Made by a program: the position numbers and the translations under genes
Shown here: piece by piece, positions 8,023 through 11,263 of the stretch
How positions within the stretch are numbered: the stretch's first letter is position 1
Layout of the letters: every line of letters starts with the position of its first letter
IMG/VR virus record: IMGVR_UViG_2925914267_000008
Coordinates: 1-11,263 of that record
DNA from: a virus
Lineage: Duplodnaviria > Heunggongvirae > Uroviricota > Caudoviricetes
Length of the DNA: 11,263 nucleotides
Direction: 5' to 3' (one strand)
Notes under the pieces: model-generated
What the model saw: only the letters and a program-made list of their open reading frames with translations
Database searches by the model: none
What the model was told of the DNA's origin: nothing

Positions 8023-9273
8023 TTATATTTTTGCTTTGCTGATAAAATTATCTAGGGTTTTTCCTACGGTGCGGCTAAGTATCACTGATTTTTTCTCTAT
8101 TAATTGATAAAATATCATTGAACCAATTAAAGAAAGAGTGACGAATACTAAAAAGGAAGCAATGTATGCTAAATAAACGTTATTTGTATGAATATATACA
8201 TATAGGTTTATTGGCATTATTGCAGATGAAAGAACTAACCAGTGAACAAGGTATAAAGAGAAAGAAATTTTCCCAAAAAATTGAACAAGTTTAGTGGATA
8301 GGAAATCGCGAATGTATCCTCTGGACATTACTAGAATTAGCAATAATATTGCACCGACACCACGTAAAAACTCGTATGGGTGGTAAGGGAACATCCCAGG
8401 AATCGATAAGTCTTGCATGTTTATTAATGGGGCAACAAAATAGTTCCCTGGTATAAAAATCCAACCCCAGGGATAGAATACCGGGCAACTTTGAAGTATC
8501 ACTATAGCTAATATCATTAGCAAAGTAATAACGTATTTTTCTTTGTTGTTAAATAAATTGCTTGTTTTTTCGTCGGCAAACAAGATGGATATCCATGCGC
8601 CAATGAGAAGAAAAAACACATAATATCCGTAACTAAAGATAGTAAATAAAAATAATAAAAGAATGCCATGCCTTGAGTTATTTCTTCCTACCTGAGCAAC
8701 AATTAATAGTAACAGCGAGCCCATAAACTCAGTCGACATTGACCATATTACAGGGTTAAGAAATCTAGTTGAAAAATCTGTGGTATATAGCGTAAGAATG
8801 CCTTGCTTTATTACTTCATCGAAAGCTACATTTTCATCGTGATCATAACGAAATCCAGATTTTACTAAGATATATCCAATAATACAGGAAGCAAATACAG
8901 GAACACCAAGTCGAATAAAACGACGTATTAATGATGCTATAAATGTTGTATTTGCTTTGAAGGCGCCAAGAAGAATTGCGCCAGATAAGATGAAAAAAAC
9001 TATAGTAGCAAAATTACCATTGATAGTGAATACGAATGGTGTCGTTTCAGTAAATTCGTAGAATTTTGAAAGCCAATAAGGGAATGCATCTGGGTAGTGT
9101 GAAAGCATAAAAAGCTTTGTTTCACCAAAAAAATGACCATAAGCAACAATTATAGCCATTAGTCCGCGTAACCCATCAAAATATAGGATTCTGTTCTTTT
9201 TTTGTTCCAATTTATTGAACCTCATCATTTCAAAATAGTGAGCAATGATAGTGTTAAGAGTGTAGTAAAGCAA
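8023..9273 (-). CDS. Acyltransferase family 3 integral membrane protein (Oac/OafA-like O-acetyltransferase candidate)
   Basis: The N-terminal motif RILYFDGLRGLMAIIVAYGHFFGE and the later FFILSGAIL segment are typical of the acyltransferase-3 family. The protein is very hydrophobic with many predicted helices. The gene is AT-rich (roughly 30% GC) against GC-rich neighbours. The start is uncertain: TTG at 9273 with GAAGG upstream, or ATG at 9228 or 9225. Confidence 0.85.
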   Translation of the reverse strand: MLYYTLNTIIAHYFEMMRFNKLEQKKNRILYFDGLRGLMAIIVAYGHFFGETKLFMLSHYPDAFPYWLSKFYEFTETTPFVFTINGNFATIVFFILSGAILLGAFKANTTFIASLIRRFIRLGVPVFASCIIGYILVKSGFRYDHDENVAFDEVIKQGILTLYTTDFSTRFLNPVIWSMSTEFMGSLLLLIVAQVGRNNSRHGILLLFLFTIFSYGYYVFFLLIGAWISILFADEKTSNLFNNKEKYVITLLMILAIVILQSCPVFYPWGWIFIPGNYFVAPLINMQDLSIPGMFPYHPYEFLRGVGAILLLILVMSRGYIRDFLSTKLVQFFGKISFSLYLVHWLVLSSAIMPINLYVYIHTNNVYLAYIASFLVFVTLSLIGSMIFYQLIEKKSVILSRTVGKTLDNFISKAKI

Positions 9274-9396
9274 TGCCTTCTGGAATCGAAGTTAAAACAA
9301 CGGAGCTTAAATTAGTTGAAGTGAGATTTGCTAATAAAGGTAATAAATTCAATCAATTACTTCTTGAGGGCGTATTGGTGTTAAGAAGATTTTAAC

Positions 9397-9405
9397 ATTG
9401 TATCA
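9397..9405 (-). promoter_or_regulatory. Possible extended -10 element (TGATACAAT on minus strand) upstream of the acyltransferase
   Basis: TGnTACAAT motif about 125 nt upstream of the acyltransferase start in AT-rich DNA. No clear -35. This is a sequence-pattern guess only. Confidence 0.2.
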
Positions 9406-10232
9406 CATACCACGGGGGCATTCTGATGAAATCAGAAAAATAGACAGGGTAATAGCTATCGATTGATGATGGTGGTTGCTATGCTTCATATAGAGTTTCC
9501 GATACTATCACGCACATTATTAATGATAGCAGAACGGTGGAGTTTAATGGTTGGCCAAGCCTTGTTGAACAATGGTTAATCATGCTGTTTTAATATACCT
9601 TCTTTGGAGAAAAATGCTAACAACTCCAACGTGCATTGCCCGAGATTGGCTGTAACCATAATAATTTTATGGAGTTTATTGAATAAACCCGAGTTAGTAG
9701 ACAGGATGACGCCTACCGGAACACCCGTTATGCGATGCGGACGCTGTCCGGCATACCCAGCACGGTCATCCGGTTTAGCGCTTTGACCATCGCCGTTTCT
9801 GCCACTGAACGACGGTGATAACCCACTTTCTTTTTCCAAACATAATTGCTGGATAGGGTCAGGGTTATTATGATGCTTGGAATTATCGAACGCTGCCGCA
9901 GAATGTTAGAGAACGGAGCAATCCGGCAACGTGATCGGTGTGGGGGTAAAGACGATTTATAAATACTTTCCTGTCACAAGTCCAGCGCGTAATGCCAGTT
10001 CCCGAGTGTAGGTATGATCATGAAAAAGTGGTGCGCACCTAAATATCTTTAATACAGGCGTAGGATGCCATGCATTAGGATCGGGTTAAACAGGGATGTT
10101 TACGTTCTGGAAAACTGCCCGCAGATAGCCGGCGTGATCTAGAATGATTTTTGTGTACATATATGTGTACTGTACAAAAGAAGATTTGGCTTTTAATTTC
10201 AATAAAAACAATAAATTGAATTGTTTTTAAAA

Positions 10233-10255
10233 TATATCCATTTAACTAAGAGGAC
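10233..10255 (-). tRNA. argW: tRNA-Arg (argW) 5' fragment, first 23 nt only
   Basis: The minus strand reads GTCCTCTTAGTTAAATGGATATA, identical to the first 23 nt of E. coli argW as I recall it, and lies 75 nt downstream of yfdC as expected. The next bases (TTTTAAAAACAATTC...) are AT-rich and cannot form the rest of a tRNA. Confidence 0.55.
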
Positions 10256-10330
10256 AATGCGGCATGAGTATACCCGCTAATGGAGTGCGGGGTAAGTACG
10301 CTGCCGCTCGATTGCTTAAACCCTCGCCAT

Positions 10331-11263
10331 TTATGCCGGGTTTTTATAATTTTTCTTAATGTTTTCCGCACGTTCTGCTTTTTGGCGTGCTTCTGCTTTA
10401 CGCTTATTGCTCATGTCGTTACGAATCTGTGCATGACTCATTAACGCGAAGATAAAGGTGCCGCCGCAGATGTTCCCCGCTAAAGTAGGTAGTGCGAAGG
10501 GCCAGATGAAATCGCTCCAGTGCAGCGTACCGTTAAACACCAGATAGAGGATTTCAACAGAACCGACCACGATATGGGTGGTGTCACCCAGGGCAATAAG
10601 CCAGGTCATCAATATAATCACCACAATCTTTGCCGCACCCGCTGCAGGAAACATCCAAACCATAGTGGCGATCAGCCAGCCGGAAATGATCGCGTTGGCA
10701 AACATCTCGCTGGGGGTGTTCTTCATCACATCCATGCCGATTTTGACAAATGCATCGCGAGTTTCTTCATTGAAGATAGGCATATATTCAAATGCCCACG
10801 CCGCAATACCTGTCCCGAGAATATTACCCAGCAGCACGACGCCCCATAACCGTATAAGTAAGCCGACGTTGCTCATTGTCGGTTTTTGCATGACGGGTAG
10901 TACCGCAGTCACGGTATTTTCGGTAAATAATTGCTGGCGGGCCATAATGACGATAATAAAACCAAAGGTATAACCGAGATTCTCCAGCAAGAAGCTGCCC
11001 GGCACACCTTCCAGTTCGACTTGAAATATCCCTTTTGCCAGTAACGAAGCGCCCATCGACAGACCCGCCGCAATGGCTGACCACAGTAGCGCCATTGCGT
11101 CGCGTTCCAGCTCTTTTTCACCATCCTGGCGGATATGCTCATGAATTGCCATCGCCCGGGAGGGGAGTCGGTCTTCATCTATTTCTATTTTTTTGCCGCG
11201 CTCTTTTTCTTCGCTCTCAACTTCAATTTCGTCGCTGTGTTGATCAATTTTGTCGTTGTCCAT
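10331..11263 (-). CDS. yfdC: Formate/nitrite transporter family inner membrane protein YfdC
   Basis: The 310-aa translation (MDNDKIDQHSDEIEVESEEKERGKK...NYKNPA) matches E. coli YfdC as recalled. It is a full-length ORF whose start codon is the last three bases of the window. Confidence 0.9.
   Translation of the reverse strand: MDNDKIDQHSDEIEVESEEKERGKKIEIDEDRLPSRAMAIHEHIRQDGEKELERDAMALLWSAIAAGLSMGASLLAKGIFQVELEGVPGSFLLENLGYTFGFIIVIMARQQLFTENTVTAVLPVMQKPTMSNVGLLIRLWGVVLLGNILGTGIAAWAFEYMPIFNEETRDAFVKIGMDVMKNTPSEMFANAIISGWLIATMVWMFPAAGAAKIVVIILMTWLIALGDTTHIVVGSVEILYLVFNGTLHWSDFIWPFALPTLAGNICGGTFIFALMSHAQIRNDMSNKRKAEARQKAERAENIKKNYKNPA

Noticed and set aside
8291-8488. 65-aa minus-strand ORF inside the acyltransferase gene
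   Set aside because: An out-of-frame overlap with the acyltransferase on the same strand. It has no independent support.
9283-9291. TTCGATTCC (tRNA T-loop-like 9-mer, minus strand) just upstream of the acyltransferase start, a possible att-core or tRNA 3' remnant
   Set aside because: A single 9-mer, with weak flanking similarity to the argW 3' end, is expected by chance in 11 kb, and it overlaps the acyltransferase RBS.
9576-9839. 87-aa minus-strand ORF (TTG start), the overlapping 60-aa plus-strand ORF 9604..9786, and a 22-aa ATG-initiated frame at 9843
   Set aside because: No RBS, no recognisable domain, and they straddle a composition boundary. The region is kept as a finding, but these are not called as genes.
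10520-11178. ORFs 10520..10849 (+), 10578..10973 (+), 10824..11084 (-) and 10909..11178 (-) overlapping yfdC
   Set aside because: They are alternative frames or antisense to the full-length yfdC frame.
1-11263. CRISPR arrays, tandem repeats, rRNA genes or complete tRNA genes
   Set aside because: No regularly spaced direct repeats or rRNA-like sequence were seen on reading the window. The only tRNA-like sequence is the 23-nt argW fragment.

Overview
This window looks like a decayed prophage in the yfdC-argW region of an E. coli/Shigella-type chromosome; I found no complete, obviously novel multi-gene system. All family assignments are from reading the ORF translations and recalling known families, not from any search. 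From left to right: a P4-family tyrosine integrase (1..1066) is cut off before its catalytic tyrosine by a complete IS1 (1067..1834). The other IS1 junction lies inside a 5'-truncated Mu-type DNA-circulation gene, with no target-site duplication, so the prophage head, sheath, tube and tape-measure genes have been deleted. An intact-looking, translationally coupled Mu-type baseplate operon follows (gp44/P, gp45, gp46, gp47, gp48-like; 2904..6576), then a tail-fibre gene interrupted by a single in-frame TGA (6580..7626) and a 55-aa ORF with a strong RBS (7637..7804). Convergent to these is an AT-rich acyltransferase-3 membrane protein (8023..9273, minus strand), a likely Oac-like surface-polysaccharide O-acetyltransferase and the most interesting cargo. 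Beyond it is about 1 kb with no convincing gene, then what appears to be only the first 23 nt of tRNA-Arg argW (10233..10255), then yfdC (10331..11263). The window begins and ends exactly on the start codons of the integrase and yfdC, so flanking context is not visible.
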